A stretch of 64,000 bases of DNA from Zootoca vivipara (Eukaryota). The position numbers and the translations under genes were made by a program. Position 1 is the first letter of the stretch, and each line of letters starts with the position of its first letter. This document shows positions 1 to 14,279 of this stretch, piece after piece. The notes beneath the pieces are model-generated. The model saw only the letters and a list, made by a program, of their open reading frames with translations. It did no database searches and was not told the origin of the DNA. The DNA lies in contig NC_083285.1 of NCBI RefSeq assembly GCF_963506605.1, positions 7,874,001 through 7,938,000 on the forward strand, in the 5' to 3' direction.

Positions 1-1893
1 GAGTCAATTTTCACAAAACTACACATTGTTACCACTAGTTCGGTTTACAAAATTAGGCAACTGCTGTCAAGATTGCTGGACAAAACATAGAAAACAGCCT
101 TATATGCAGTTAAAAGACCCTCTAGTCCAGTCAGTATGGCATACACCAGTGATGGAGAAGCTCCGGCTTCCCAGATTTTGTGGAACCACAACCCCTACCA
201 TCCCTATTTTCCATACTTGCTGGGGCTGATGGGAGATCAAATGCCATAACAACGGCAGGTTACTTCTCCTTGATCAATGCCAACTGGCAGTGGCTATCCA
301 AGGTGTAAGACAAAATTCTCTCTCTGCCCTGCCTGGAGATTTCAGGAATTGAACTTGGAACCTTTTGGTGCAAAGCATATGCTCTGACGCTGAGCAGCAT
401 CTCAATTATTTATACGTAAACACCAGTGACAAAGGAAAGTCTGAAATATACTCCGAATAATGCTGCCCGGGACAAATATGGCAGCTGGTTTGTCACAGGT
501 AGCAAAGAGATTTAGATGTTGAGGTTGTTTAAAACATTAATGTTTTAGAGATCTGAATGTAAACACAAGCTGCCATGAACAGCACTGCTGGAAATCCTTC
601 CAGAGTATTGCACATGTTTTCTTCTTTCCCCTGCACTTTGCGTGGGGGCAGGAGGAGATGTGATTGGGAGAGTGAATTTATTATCGCAATGTTTATAAGT
701 TTCTTGCTGCCTCATCAATCAATCTGGGAACGGCATTGCAGGGGCAGGGTGAGGGATAGGAGTGGGGTCTAGCAAACCACTCCTCGACTTTTCCTCCCAC
801 TCTCCCGACCTAATTATTAAGCTCCCCAGGCTCCAGAAAGAGGCATATGGGTTTAATCATTAGGCAGCGAGGTTAGGGTATTACCGAGGGAAAAGTGGTC
901 CGCTGGTAAATAAATGTTGGTAAGTAAAGCGTTATGCAAGATGAAAGCATTCCCCTCCTGCTGTGACTATTGAGGCTTTCTGGAAATTAAGAAGGAGGGG
1001 AAAGATTTATAATTGAAAAAATAATATATATAGGTTGTGAATTCTGAGAGTTATTGCATGTGAAAGAACTCAAAGATAGCTAACACCAGGTGTTTAAAAT
1101 ACAGTCCGGGGGGTCTCAAAAGCATTAGGTCACCTGAAAGGGCATGAGAATGTTTTATAGAACAAAGCTTGCAGTCAGTCACACATACCCACACACACAC
1201 CTTGGCTTATCCAGACAACCTGTTCAAAGTGTGCCTTCACAATATTTTAGGCTTCTGAAGGATAATTCGGAAAGCCCTAATTTAAAGGCAGTGGCAAAAT
1301 ATCCCACCTGCACACACTGAAAGAAGAAATAGCTTTGGATCCAACCAGGACACAGCTTTGCTTGCTTCTGAGGAGAGGAGAGGCAGATAACCAGGCTCTT
1401 GTTTGCTCTCTCTTTAACAAGGTGATCTCAAGAAAGAGAGCACTTGACCTGTAGAGGAAAACTGCAGGGAAACTGAAGGGAACTGATTGTGAGGGGAGTA
1501 GTATCACTGGTGAAAATGGCCTATGTGCCTCAAGGTAAAGTCTGAACTTACAGGGTGAGAAACTGAGCCAAGACATGCCAACATTTTGAGACCAATCTGT
1601 TTTCGCTCTTGTGAGAATTGCCTCTTTGCAGGTCCACAACTTGTGTTAGCCACAGAACATGGTAGGAGTATGGCAAGGGAGAAGGAGCACTCATTATCAC
1701 TCCTGCTACTATTGAAAAGGTACATTGCACTTGAATAAATAGAAGGCACTCCAGATTGCAGTGGCCCTATTTAAGAGTTCCATTTCCCAATAAAAATTAC
1801 TATACTTACAATGCATTCCATCTCTGTCTTCCTCTCGTTTATTTCCAGAAAGTAACACACTATTTTCTCTTGTTTCATTGGCTGGGATATGAA

Positions 1894-2042
1894 GGGACGT
1901 GGGTGACGCTGTGGTCTTCTAAACCACTGAGCCTAGGGCTTGCCGATCAAAAGGTCGGCAATGGGGTGAGCTCCCGTTGCTCGGTCCCAGCTCCTGCCCA
2001 CCTAGCAGTTCGAAAGCACGTCAAAGTGCAAGTGTAGATAAA
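1894..2042 (+). mobile_element. Sauria SINE (Squam1-type), partial
   Basis: gggacgtgggtgacgctgtgg...cctagcagttcgaaagcac; homologous to 34735-35121. Confidence 0.85.
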
Positions 2043-2111
2043 GGCTGCAATCTTAGCCCCATTTAGCTGGGAGTAAGTCCCATTGAATTCAGTAAGACTC
2101 AGTTCTGAATA

Positions 2112-2731
2112 CCTGTTTCCCCTTTTTTAATACGTAGTCAGAAAGTAAGCCATGGCAGGGTTTTTAAGCATTTGAGAAATATAAGACATACCCCCAAAAT
2201 AAGCCATACTTCCGCTCCGCGGAAACCAACCCCCACAGGCACCTCCACTCACAGAGTCACTCCATACAGCTGGCACTGCAGGAGCGCGATCAGCTCTGAA
2301 GTGGCGCTCCAAGAGCTCCGCTTAACAGCTGATCACGCTCCCGCCTTGCTGGCTGCATCCCCGCGCTCCGCCTTCTCGTCCATCGCCGCCCTGCCGCTTG
2401 TGTGCTTGTCGCCACCGCTGGGCTCATTGCTTCTTCCTTGCCTGGCCTGGCCAAGGAGCTTGGAGCGCCCTGCAGCGGCAGGCGGAGCGCCTGAGCCAGC
2501 GGCCTCTGCCTGGCCCGGCCTAGGATGCCTGCTGCCCCGCCACCCGGAACCAGTGGCTGCTGCAGCGCCGAGCACTCAAGAGAACCGAGCAGCGCCCTGA
2601 ACCAGCGCCCTGAGCTGTAAAAACTGTACCGGTAATAAAAAAATTAAGACATCCCACCGAAAGTAAGCCACCCTGTGTTTTTTTGAGGAAAAAAAGTTAT
2701 AAGACGGTGTCTTAAAAAAGGGGAAAGACGG
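2112..2731. mobile_element. Tc1/mariner-type non-autonomous element with GC-rich interior
   Basis: TA flanks; CC(G)TGTTTCCCC...GGGGAAAGACGG termini; ends related to 16748-17399. Confidence 0.75.
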
Positions 2732-4132
2732 TAGGTATGTCAGTAAATGTGTTGCATGTAGGTAGAACTGCAAAGCATGGCTGGTCTTGTATTACTGTCC
2801 AAATGTGTAATTTGTAAGGGATCCTTGTAGACTAATATTTTTAAATAGGGGAAAGTGCAGTAAAGTTGAAACCACACATATTTTGCATTCCTGTGCTGAG
2901 AATGCTTTATTAGATGTAATCAATTCTTTTGTTCCACTGCCTTCACAACAAATGCATATTGTCTGTCCATTGCCCTGGGGGACATATAATTAGAATACTT
3001 TTACATTTAATTTAATGTATGCCCCTGCCTGCTATAAATTCCCTTCTCTGACTTTAGATGAGACAAATAATACTATCTCAGCTCATAAAACCACCATGCT
3101 GTGCTGTGAGGGTTTTATCTTTTCTGGATCAAACTCTTGGCTTACTAGCTATTTAGGAATGTTTCAGACAACATTCCCAGTGTTATAGCTTGTAGTTGGA
3201 GGAAAGAAACTGTTGTAACCTCCTGAATTCTACATCTGGTGATTTGATAATCTATGAACAAAGTCTGTTGGCTGGGAAGCATTACTGTCAATGGGGCATT
3301 TTTTAAAAACAAGTCTAAAGCTATGGTAATGATTTCAAATTATCAGCCAAGTCAGAACAAGAACCAGAACAGGACACAGATTTCCCATCCCACAGGAAAT
3401 TCCAACCTCTCAGTGACATAAATTATTTTGATTTGAAAAGGAGAAAAAAAGCTTAGCTTTGGGGTTGGTTTTAATCAGTTTTGTTACTGGGTTTTTTTAA
3501 AGGATACATATAATTTCAGAAGCAACTAGAAGATGCCATTTCCAAATGCAAAGGCCACCACAAGAGGCTACTCATGGAGAACTGTCATGGTGGCGTAGTG
3601 TGGCTGCAGTTCGTTGCAGATTCCCAGGCCTCATCGAGAAGAGTGAATTTGTAGTGAATTTCTACATATCAGCAAAGGACAAGACAGTTACCTTACAGAA
3701 GCATCATTTTGCTGGCTGGCAACCCATGCTTGAGTTGTATGAGCTCTGGGTTTCAGTCCCTGGCACCTCTAGGAATCAGGTAGGAGCAGCTGATGTGAAA
3801 AGCCTCTGCCTAAGGCCCTGGTGACCACTGCAAATCAGACTAGACAATACTGTATTAGGTTATACATACAAAAAACCTGACATGGAATAGCATGGTTTCC
3901 TGTGTTTCTAGCCCGACCATTACCTGTAGATTGGTTTTGGGTTGGGTCCAGGTGCAGTTATTAAAAACAAAATTGGCTTCCTATTGTACATAGGAAAATT
4001 AATGTCTCAATGACAAGATGAATCTAATTCCTATGGGATTAATCAACTAATCTAACTAGATAGGGATATAACATGGACTGAGATTTTGTCACGCAAACAA
4101 ACAATATCCCACTCCACAAATGTTTTAGCCAC

Positions 4133-4275
4133 ATAAACTGTAGAATCGTAGAGATGGAAGGGACCCAAGGGTCATCTAGTCTAACCCCCTGCAATGAAGG
4201 AATCTCAGCTAAAGCATCCATGACAGGTGGCTATCCAACCTCTGCTTAAGAACCTCCAGGGAAGGAGAGTCCATA
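4133..4275 (-). mobile_element. CR1 LINE 3' end fragment
   Basis: gaagggacccaagggtcatctagtctaacccc...aacctccagggaaggagagtcc; reverse of 56445-56630. Confidence 0.75.
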
Positions 4276-5625
4276 ACCATATCTTCTTACTCTCAAATAG
4301 AAACTCAATCGGTGGTGGTGTTTTGAGTCCTCTGCCATACAGTATTAAAACATACTGTATACTCTTTCCAAAGTGCATATGAATGCCGTTGATGTTTTAA
4401 GACATTGTACTAGATTAAATTGCAGATTTATTAGAGGAACATTTGTCACTATTAGGTGCAGCTAAACAGAAGCCCTAGCTGTCAGCATTAGTATGTGGTG
4501 CAGATGAGTTTTCTCATCCCTTGAGCTGGAAATACATCTGTTTTCAGTTGTGGGTGAATTTCAGATAGTGGTAGCCTCTGAAGTATGGCTGACTGTATTC
4601 CAAGCAATGAAGCATTTGGAAACAAAGAAAGGATAATTGTCTCAGTATGAGCATTGAGAGCTGATGGACTGTTTTACATGTTACTCAATGTGATTAAAAA
4701 AACCACATGTTGTGGAGTTTAGGCATGGCACCCTCATAACCCACTCTGGCCATTTGAAGAGAAGTATAATTTGGATTGCACGTGTAATCCGCCTACACCA
4801 GGTACCCAACAGATATTGTGGACTACAACTCCCCTCAACCCCAGGTAGCAGGGCCAATGCTCAAGAATAATGAGTTTTATAGTTCACAGCCGCTAGGGCG
4901 TCATATAGGCTACCACTCGTATGCATGACATTGCCCGATTTATGTATGACATACCAGATTAGCATAATCAAAGCACACCAGAACAAAGATAGATTGAAGG
5001 AAATCAGCAAATATTGAGCCTGCAATTTGGGATGGGCCAAATTAGCCAATTCCTTGCATATAGCTAAGTTCAGCTGACAATTCATAAAATGCTGCTATTG
5101 TTTCCATTTGATGACTATTGCTCCGCTTCTGCTATTCTGCTGATCTTGGTACTGATTGCACAACTGGACCCAACTCCCATCTGCCGCCGTTTCCACCATG
5201 GCCAACAGCCAGGAATGATGGGCTATGTAGTTCATCAACATCTGGATGATTTGCCAAGCTTGCTGTGGGGCTTAAACAGTTAAAATACCTTTAAAAGTAG
5301 CGCTCGGCTTCACTTCTCGCCTACTATGCCATTAATTTGTGCTAAAACAGTGAATTGTCCTAAATTGCTAATATGCTGTTGAGCTTATGTCCAGCTTGCA
5401 GGCACCCCACAGGCATCTGGTTGGCCACTGTGATAACAGATGCTGTACTAGATGGGCCAGTGGCCTGATCCAGCAGGCTTCTCTTGTGTGGTAATTTACT
5501 TTTTTAAAAAGGAAATAATAATATGCTTTTAAGTCATTCCTAGATGAAAATTTTAAATAGTTTCCTGCTGCCACCTAGTGTGTGAGAAGAAAACTATCCT
5601 TAAATTTCTAAATAATGGTGTGGCA

Positions 5626-5761
5626 CAGGTATCTCCAAACTCGGCCCTCCAGATGTTTTGGGACCACAATTCCTATCATCCTTGACCACTGGTCCTGCTA
5701 GCTAGGGATGATGGGAGTTGTAGTCCCAAAACATCTGGAGGGCCAAGTTTGGAGGTGTCTG
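5626..5761. mobile_element. Palindromic hAT MITE (~136 bp)
   Basis: Near-perfect hairpin; 8-bp TSD gtgtggca/gtgtagca. Confidence 0.85.
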
Positions 5762-5844
5762 GTGTAGCAAGCAAAGCACCATATATACTGTGGTGTACCT
5801 CATCCCTGCAAAGTACTGACCCCCATAAAGGTCAAGGACTAGCA

Positions 5845-5890
5845 CAGAAAACCACACATCACCTTAGATGTTATAATTATACAATTTATA
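5845..5890 (-). terminator. Candidate LAMB4 polyadenylation region (TATAAA variant plus GU-rich downstream element)
   Basis: TATAAA at 5890-5885 on the minus strand followed by ggtgatgtgtggttttctgtg. Confidence 0.35.
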
Positions 5891-5967
5891 AACTGTTCAT
5901 CATTACAAAGTGGTTGTGGAAAGCTCTTTGCTCATTTACAGTTATATTGTTAGATTATTAGACTCTT

Positions 5968-6107
5968 TTAACTTTTGCAAATAGCATATTTATTTGACTG
6001 CTGCAGAATCTCATCTTTGATAGCTGTGACTTGAACTTCCAGTTGTCTCAGCTGATCAGCCTTGTTTTGTTTAATCTGGTTCAGCTCCTGTATCTTATTT
6101 TCTAAAT
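5968..6107 (-). CDS. LAMB4: LAMB4 coding exon 34 (last; C-terminal Cys)
   Basis: [10 protein letters not shown]...KYAICKS-stop (TAA at 5970-5968); 140 nt. Confidence 0.95.
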
Positions 6108-9100
6108 CTGAAATTAAAAAAAAGAAAACATCATGTGGTTACATACAATTAAGTAAGTAAAATCCTTGTAAATCACTGCCCCCCAAAAAAACTGTAAGTT
6201 TCCAAAATTTCTTCTTTGAGGGACCTCTTTTTCATATTGGCTTGCCAGCCAGGGAACCTCTGCATTAGGGCTGCTATCTTGCAACCCAGACACCGGATAT
6301 GGGCCTTTAAATCTCCTGGTGCAAGGAGGGAGGCGGAATAATGCAGCTATAGTTCCTTTTCATTTCCCAGTCCTGTCATCCACACCTGCATCCCTCCTGC
6401 AGTGAGCAGAAACTCTGATCTGATGACATAAGAAGAGCATGCTGGATCAGGCCAATGGCCCCTCTAGTCCAGCATTGTGTTCTCACAGTGGCCACCCAGA
6501 TGCCCTAGGGGAGCCATAGGCCTCAGCTGTACATTTGTCCTGATATGTGCAGGTGATCCAGTGTATGGCCCAAGGGGTGCAGTAAGTACAGTGGTACCTT
6601 GGTTTACGAACTTAATCCGTTCTGGAAGTCTGTTCTTAAACCAAAGGGTTCTTAAACCAAGGCGTGCTTTCCCAAAGCAGCAGGGGACTCAATTTACGAA
6701 TGGAACACACTCAACAGGAAGCGAAACATGTTCTGCTTCCAAGGCAAAGTTCACAAACCAAAACACCTACTTCTGGGTTTTCAGCGTTCTTAATCCAAGT
6801 TGTTCATAAAACTAAGCTGTTCTTAAACCAAGGTACCACTGTAATTGGCTTTCTCCACTGAGCCACTATTTTGTACTTGGCTCGTATTGGTGCATCCCAA
6901 TATATTGCACAAGCGTGGAGTCTCTCTACCCCTGACCCAGAACATTCTCTGTGGCTGTGTATTGTAGGAAAAGACCAGTGGTCGCAGACAACCTATATTT
7001 CTGGGATGTTTTTCCACCATTGCTGATATTCTCATTGAGGGACCCCCGATAATTCACTGAGGAACATGCAAGAATCATTGAGTGCGTATGTAAATGCAAT
7101 ATATATACAGTACCTGCTATTCTTTTCATTTTCTTTTCAGTCTCTTTAGCCAGTTTCTCAGCCTCATTTTTCAACCGATTCAGTTTCTCTAAGGTTTCCA
7201 ATGGAAGGCCTTTGGCTTTGAGCTTTTCTTGTAAACTGGCATATTCTTTTTTAAGATTAGCAAATTCCTGTAACAACAATATTTCCCAATGAAAGGTGTT
7301 GTTGTTCTTTATACCTCTGCTAATAAATTTAGTTGTCTGGTTTTGTTTGCTTGCTTTTTAAAGGTTTAATCAAGTAACAATTTTTATGGCCAAAAAATAA
7401 ACATTGTCATTGAAGAAAAAAATACCACTATGGAAGAAAAATAAACATACTATTTCTGGCAGTAAAAAATAAATAAATCCCAATAAGTAATCCCACATGT
7501 TAAGAAAGAGGGAGAGTCCTATTATCCTATTTGACTTTCACCTTCAGACTTCATTAATGCTGTTATTATACATACATTAAAAAAAAACACCACAGAACAC
7601 CCTTCTGACTTTTATTCTTATGAATTCCAACACAGAGAGTAAAGATCTCAGGTCAATCAGAATCTGAATTAAATAAAAGTGGATTAATGATACACAGCTA
7701 ACATTTTATTCTTGCGGGGGTCCTGGCTTGTTTGCAAGGCCCGTGGCAGGTGTAGACGGGTGATGACTTTTTCATTTTTTTCTTCAAAAATTATTTTCTG
7801 TAGCACAAATGGATGAACTTTTGCCTATTAATGACTAAAATGAGGTATATTCCATTGAAATATTAGAAAAGGTTACGCACAAACCGTTTTTTTTTTGTAT
7901 GCCGTTTTACCATTTCATAAAATTGTATTAACAATTCTATATATATTCCGTATCAAATTTGAACACAACACCACATTCCACAATGGGGAGTGTTCTTAGC
8001 AACATAGGGTATACAAATGTCACACCTGTGCAAGGTAAAAGCCCCGTTTTGGGACCTCAAAACTCAGCCAGCAGACCCTGCCGGACATGCTGGGAAAAGA
8101 ACCTACAGGAGAGGTAGCAAAACATCGTCCTCTAGTGGTGTCTATACTGTTACTGCAGCTAAAAAAAGCTTCCTTGTGTGTTTGATGACCCTATATAATG
8201 TTGTATATATGTGACTCTAAAGCTTGGGTTCAATTTTATATCTGCTTACAGTGACTTCAAAAATGGTTTTAAAAAATGATAATTTTTTTAAAATCATTTT
8301 TTGCATGAGTTTTTTTTAGCAAATCTCTTTGAAAGTAAGATTTTATCTAATCTTTAACGAAAGCTCATCAAATTATGATACAGGGGAATGAGGTTGTAAA
8401 AAAGTCATCACCCTAGTAGACACTCTTCCTTTCCTGTCCTCTGCCATGATAACAGGTTGTGATTAGCATGTGATTGGTTGTACTCAAACATGGTATCCCG
8501 GCTTTTGCGCTTATTTCTTTCCACTAGGGATTATACAAGAGATGCTTGAGCCAATGGTATATCTGCCTACTTCATGAACTGATTAAAATATTTTATTTGC
8601 AACAAACCAAAATGGTGTTAGAGACAGGACAATATATAAGGCTTAAGGCCAATTGATATGTCAGTCCCCACCCCCATTTTTAGCCGCAAAATGAGCTCCT
8701 CCATTTGACATGTCATGATATGGAAGATTCTAGTCAATCCCATACTGAGACTATGCTTGTGTTGAACTCGTGATATCAGAAATTTGCAACAGGTTGAGGT
8801 CATTGACTTTTAAAATTCCCTTCACCCTAGGTTTGCTGGTGATCTGCATGTACAGTAATTCAGTGCCTTTGACTGTAGCATTTGTCTGTTTTTTTACACA
8901 GTTGCCAGGGTAAAGAACACAATTTTGGGTCTTCTTTAGGCGGGATTCTCAGAACATAACCCCTGCATGAATTGTGAGCTTACAGTATTACCTTATTAGT
9001 TGCTACAGCTTGATTCTGTGCTTTTTCTGCCTCTGATTTAGCATTGGTGACGTGGCCCCTGCTCATCTGCAATTTTGTCTTCAAGGAAGCGATTTCATCT

Positions 9101-10373
9101 TCCAGCTCTGACTGCTTTTCTGAAAAGTCCACTAATTCATCAACCGTCTTGTTCATTTGGTTCGCAGCCTGCAGAAGAATCATTATGTAATCAATGGGAT
9201 ACTTGTAACTCATTACCCAACAAGACAATTTTGGAGGAGACCAACTGAAATCAATGGGCTTAAGTTACTTAGGCCCAGTGATTTCAATGGGTCTGCTCAT
9301 TCGGATGCACAAAACAGACTAAGCAAGGATTCCATAGCTATACTCTAGTGTGGATAGGATACATTGTTTAAATAGCAAATCAAGTTAGCAAGATAATAAA
9401 TAAATGAACAGGGCATGGGGGATGTATCCTAAAAGCTGGCATGCTTTTTAAAAAATGCATTTAAAAATTGTTATAACCCATCCTGGTACCTGCTGGTGAA
9501 GGATTTTAAAAATGCAAAAATCACAGATTTATGTAGAAATGGGATAGAACAGACTTATGGAGGAGCACATATAAAACTGTCCTGGTATAAAAAATTGTTT
9601 TCCTCTGTCAGCACCAGTTTGGCTGGGGCCTGGGCAGATCAAGGGAAGGAACATTGCTATCTAAGCAACTCACTCCACCAGGCTTTCCCCACCCACCTGA
9701 CTGATATGACCCACAAAGTTTAGACAGGAATAGGTTCCAAAATGGGAATGGTAGGGCTTAATCAACAGGAGCCGTGTGGGAGTTGGCGTCTGGTCCACCC
9801 CACTACTATGCTGAAGTTCAAAGTTCAGAGAAATAACTGTGATAAAGGGAGTCTTTTGAAAGGGGAAAATACTTGGCAGCTTCATTCTGCCCTCCCCACT
9901 TTAAGACAGAAATATGTGAAAACACGTGGCAAAAAGAACAAGAGCAATTTTGTTATTTGCAGAAGCTGATAGGAATACATTGATGCAATACATCAATAAC
10001 ATTAAAAAGAAAAGCCCTCAGACTGCTTTGATATTGGGTTGAAGCCAACTGAATGAAGAACTGGAAGCCTAAGAAAATAAATGTTAGTGAAATTCTCTTG
10101 TTTGCACATTCTCTTTTGAAAAGTCTCTGATGAAAGTTAACTGTAAAGAGGATACCTTTGCAATTTTTGTTTTAGTTTCTTCTATTGTTCCATTTAACTT
10201 TGTAAAGTCATCTCTGGTTTGCCGTTGAATATTTTCAATGTCTTTCAAGCTGCTTATCAAGTCATCAGGGGTTGGGAGACCTTTTGCTACTTTCCTAAGC
10301 AATAAAAAACCCAGATCTTCTGAAGTATAAGAAAGGCACCGAGATATAGATAGATGGTTAGATATAGACATGC

Positions 10374-10412
<39 letters not shown>

Positions 10413-13400
10413 CTCTAACAAACAATAGGTTTTTGTCCCAAGGAGCTTACAATAAAAATAGAGGATGAAAGAGAGAGGCAAGAACATTAGTATAAGAATA
10501 TATTTATAGAATGTTTAGACGACTTAGTTCACATCGGTCTACCCATTGTGGGGCTGAAAATGCACTTCAGAATGTAAAGCAAAGGCAAACAGATATACAA
10601 TTTTCTATGATTTGGGGATAGTTTCCAAATCACAGACACAACACAGTGGTCCAAAAGTTAGCCAAAGGCTACCTGAGAGATTGTTGGGGGTGGCATGAAT
10701 GCTGTTCTACTGACTGGGTCATAAGCACAGCATTTATGTCCATGAAGGACCACCCGCTATACCAGTGGAAAACTCACTGGGATACATGTACCACTGGTGG
10801 TAGGGCCTGAAGCAGGGAGTTCCATGGGCCTGTTGAGGGCGCAGGATGGGGCTCCCTTGGATTTACAGGATCCAAAATACTCGTGTTCCTCGGATATTCC
10901 CGTGAATCAGAACTGAAAGTATGTCAGCCCTGGAGCTGTCATAGCTAATTTCCCTCCCACTGCAGTCAATGGGGAGGTGGAATGGGAAAAGGGACAAGTG
11001 AGAAAAAGCTACTCCTTCGTCTCCAATTCCGCCTGGAAGCAGTCAGCATGGCTTTGTGAAGCAGTTGCTCAGCCACATCCAATCTCTCCCACCCAATGGC
11101 AGGACTGCAAACTAAGACAATCTTGTACTTACTCAGCTTCTTGTGCTTTCACCAGTAATCCCTGTGCCTCTTTCATTTGCTTCCTTAACCCATTCACCTC
11201 TGTCGGGGAGACCTCGCAGTGTGCCATGAGGCTCTTGAGTTTGTCGAGCACCATGATTAGCTCTTGGGGAGATCCTGGTAACTGGAGGCCCAGGACATAG
11301 TTTGCAACTTTCTCTATGTCTTCTGGTGGGGCACTCTCCTCTTGGAAAAGTGGAGAAATAACTGTTTAAGTCCCAACACCCTTGGTCTATTATATAATAT
11401 GAATATACAGATATATCTAAGACAGGTGGATCAAAAAATGGGTTTCAAGCATACTTGCCTAAGAGAAAGTTCTTCATTCTCTTGATGAGCTCTTTGATGC
11501 TTTCTCCTTCCCTTTCTATTTGATCTTTATTTTTCTCCAGCTCTTCGTCCATCAGCAAGGCTTTCTTTATGGTATCCTCTGTCATTTTCCTTATGCTTTC
11601 AATCTGTGAGTGTGGATAGATATATAGACAGATATTTAAATAATGAACTGATCTCTTTTAAGTTTAACTTTCCCTGACAAAGCAAATTCATATTTCCCAA
11701 ACCTGTTTCTACATCTCACATCCCTAACTGATAAGATGGCTCCAGGGGCAGTTCACTGGGTGTAATAAGCCATTTGTTTTTGTAACTTCTGGGCCCATCT
11801 GAATCTGGAACTCTCTAAGCCATACTTAAGGAGCCTAAGGGTTGGATCGTTCATTTGTTCATTCATTCATTTTATTTGTATGCTATTTTCTCACAAAAAA
11901 CAATCATGCTCAAAAGCAGCTTACAACAAAGAAACAGGGGTGCATTTCTAACAAACACTACAAAAACAGAGTCATAATAAGATAGCAAAACAAAAATGTA
12001 AGTCATACAAAAACCTACATTTCAATACTGTAGATATAGTGAGATACTGGCATATCTTGGAAAAAATAGAATTTTGTAAAACCCTTTCATAGCTCAAATG
12101 TGCTATGTTCAATAAGTTTACATTGAAACACACAAGACTGCTGTTACATGCAGTACCTTATCTTCAGATCCTTGCATTTGGTTGGTCAAGTTCTTTAACA
12201 ACAGGACTGTCTGACGTCCTTCTCTGAAAGCTTTTGTAGAAAGAGGGAGTGCTCCATCACAGTTTGGGCCACCACAATGTCTGTTTCCCTGGCTATCTCG
12301 GCATAAAGCCCCACCACAATCTGATACACCGCAAGGAAAGCTTCCTGGCAACCCACATATCTGCATCGAAACAAATGTACTGATTGAAGGAAGCAATAAT
12401 ACACATTTCTAATACAATGAAATGTGCTAGAAGAGAACTTGAAAACATTACATTTGTATGCTATTCATCTGCCTCAGAAAGGTGAAATATGAAGCCTTCT
12501 TTTAAATTAATGGTTTTTCAAAAACTTTCTACCTTGAGAGAACCCTCCCCCATTGATTTGCAAAGCAACCTGAGATACAGATTAGGTAGGGCTGCCGTAT
12601 GTCAGAATTTTCCCGGAACTTCAAAGGCGGAATTGACGCCTGGGCAGGAACTTCCGCAAGGTAGTGCTTTGTCCTGGATCTTAGGCAAGTCAACAACAAA
12701 AATTGCATTTTTGTAGAAAAAAGCTCAACGACTTTCAGGGTGTGCACAATGTACTAACTAGCCTTGTTGTGCCTCATTGTAATCTAATGTGAATTGAGAT
12801 TTGCTGTGCAGCTGCATTTTGCAAAAGAAAAGAGAAGAAGTGTCACATTTAACTTGGCCCCGAGAACACACTTCAGAACACAACCAAGTTTCCCCTGCAG
12901 CAGAAGCTGTATGGTGGTAAATACCCAGCCATGTACCCATTGTAGACCCATTGAAGTTAACAGACATGACTAACTTACGACCGTTCATTTCAATCGTTCT
13001 AGGATGAGTGTTGGATACAACCTATAGGCCCGGATTCAACTAACCTAGCATGCTAGCGGAAGCCAGTGCAACAGGGCTTTCCCTTTCCCCTTCTCCCCAC
13101 TGTGTGCTCCCCACACTTCTTCCCAGTCTGCTCTGGAGGGTCAGGAGAAATCCTTGCACTGACAAAACAATGGGACGATTGTGATGTTGAATTCCTCCCA
13201 AAGTCTCTAAGGATAGCATTACTAATGTTTCCAATGATAAACCCTTTAAAAAGTTTCTATGGCACTCCAGAACACTGGACACAGTGATAAAAGCATTTTC
13301 TTCACTTGCAGACATTAAACCCTGTTCACACCAGACATGCATTCATGCCACAGCATCCCAGGAGAAACTGTGGAGAAGCATGTTATTTATACATTTCAAT

Positions 13401-14245
13401 ATGAACCACATTTACTACAGAATATGACTTGTTGGTTTGTCATTGCTTTTCTCCCAAGAAGCAGGCGTCTTTTAATTTCGTGACTGCTGTCACCATCTGC
13501 AGTGATCAAGGAGCCCAGGAAAGTAAAATCTCTCACTGCCTCCATTTCTTCCCCTTCTATTTCCCAGGAGGTGATGGGACCAGTGGCCATGATCTTAGTT
13601 TTTTTGATGTTGAGCTTCAGACCATATTTTGCGCCCTCCTCTTTCACCCTCATTAAAAGGTTCTTTAATTCCTCCTCACTTTCTGCCATCAAGGTTGTGT
13701 CATCTGCATGCTTCTTGGGAGAAAAGCAATGACAAACCTAGACAACATCTTAAAAAGCAGAGACATCACCTTGCCAAAAAAAGGTCCGTATAGTTAAAGC
13801 TATGGTTTTCCCAGTACTGATGTATGGAAGTGAGAGCTGGACCATAAAGAAAGCTGGACCATAAAGAAGGCTGATCGCCAAAGAATTGATGCTTTTGAAT
13901 TTTGGTGCTGGAGGAAACTCTTGAGAGTCCCATGGACTGCAAGAAGATCAAACCTATCCATTCTGAAGGAAATCACCCCCGAGTGCTCACTGGAAGGACA
14001 GATCCTGAAGCTGAGACTACAAAACTGGCCACCTCATGAGAAGAGAAGACTCCCTGGAGAAGACCCTGATGTTGGGAAAGATGGAGGGTACAAGGAGAAG
14101 GGGACGACAGAGGACGAGATGGTTGGACAGTGTTCTTGAAGCTACAAACATGAGTTTGACCAAACTGCAGGAGGCAGTGGAAGACAGGAGTGCCTGGCGT
14201 GCTATGGTCCATGGGGTCACGAAGAGTCGGACACGACTAAACGAC

Positions 14246-14279
<34 letters not shown>

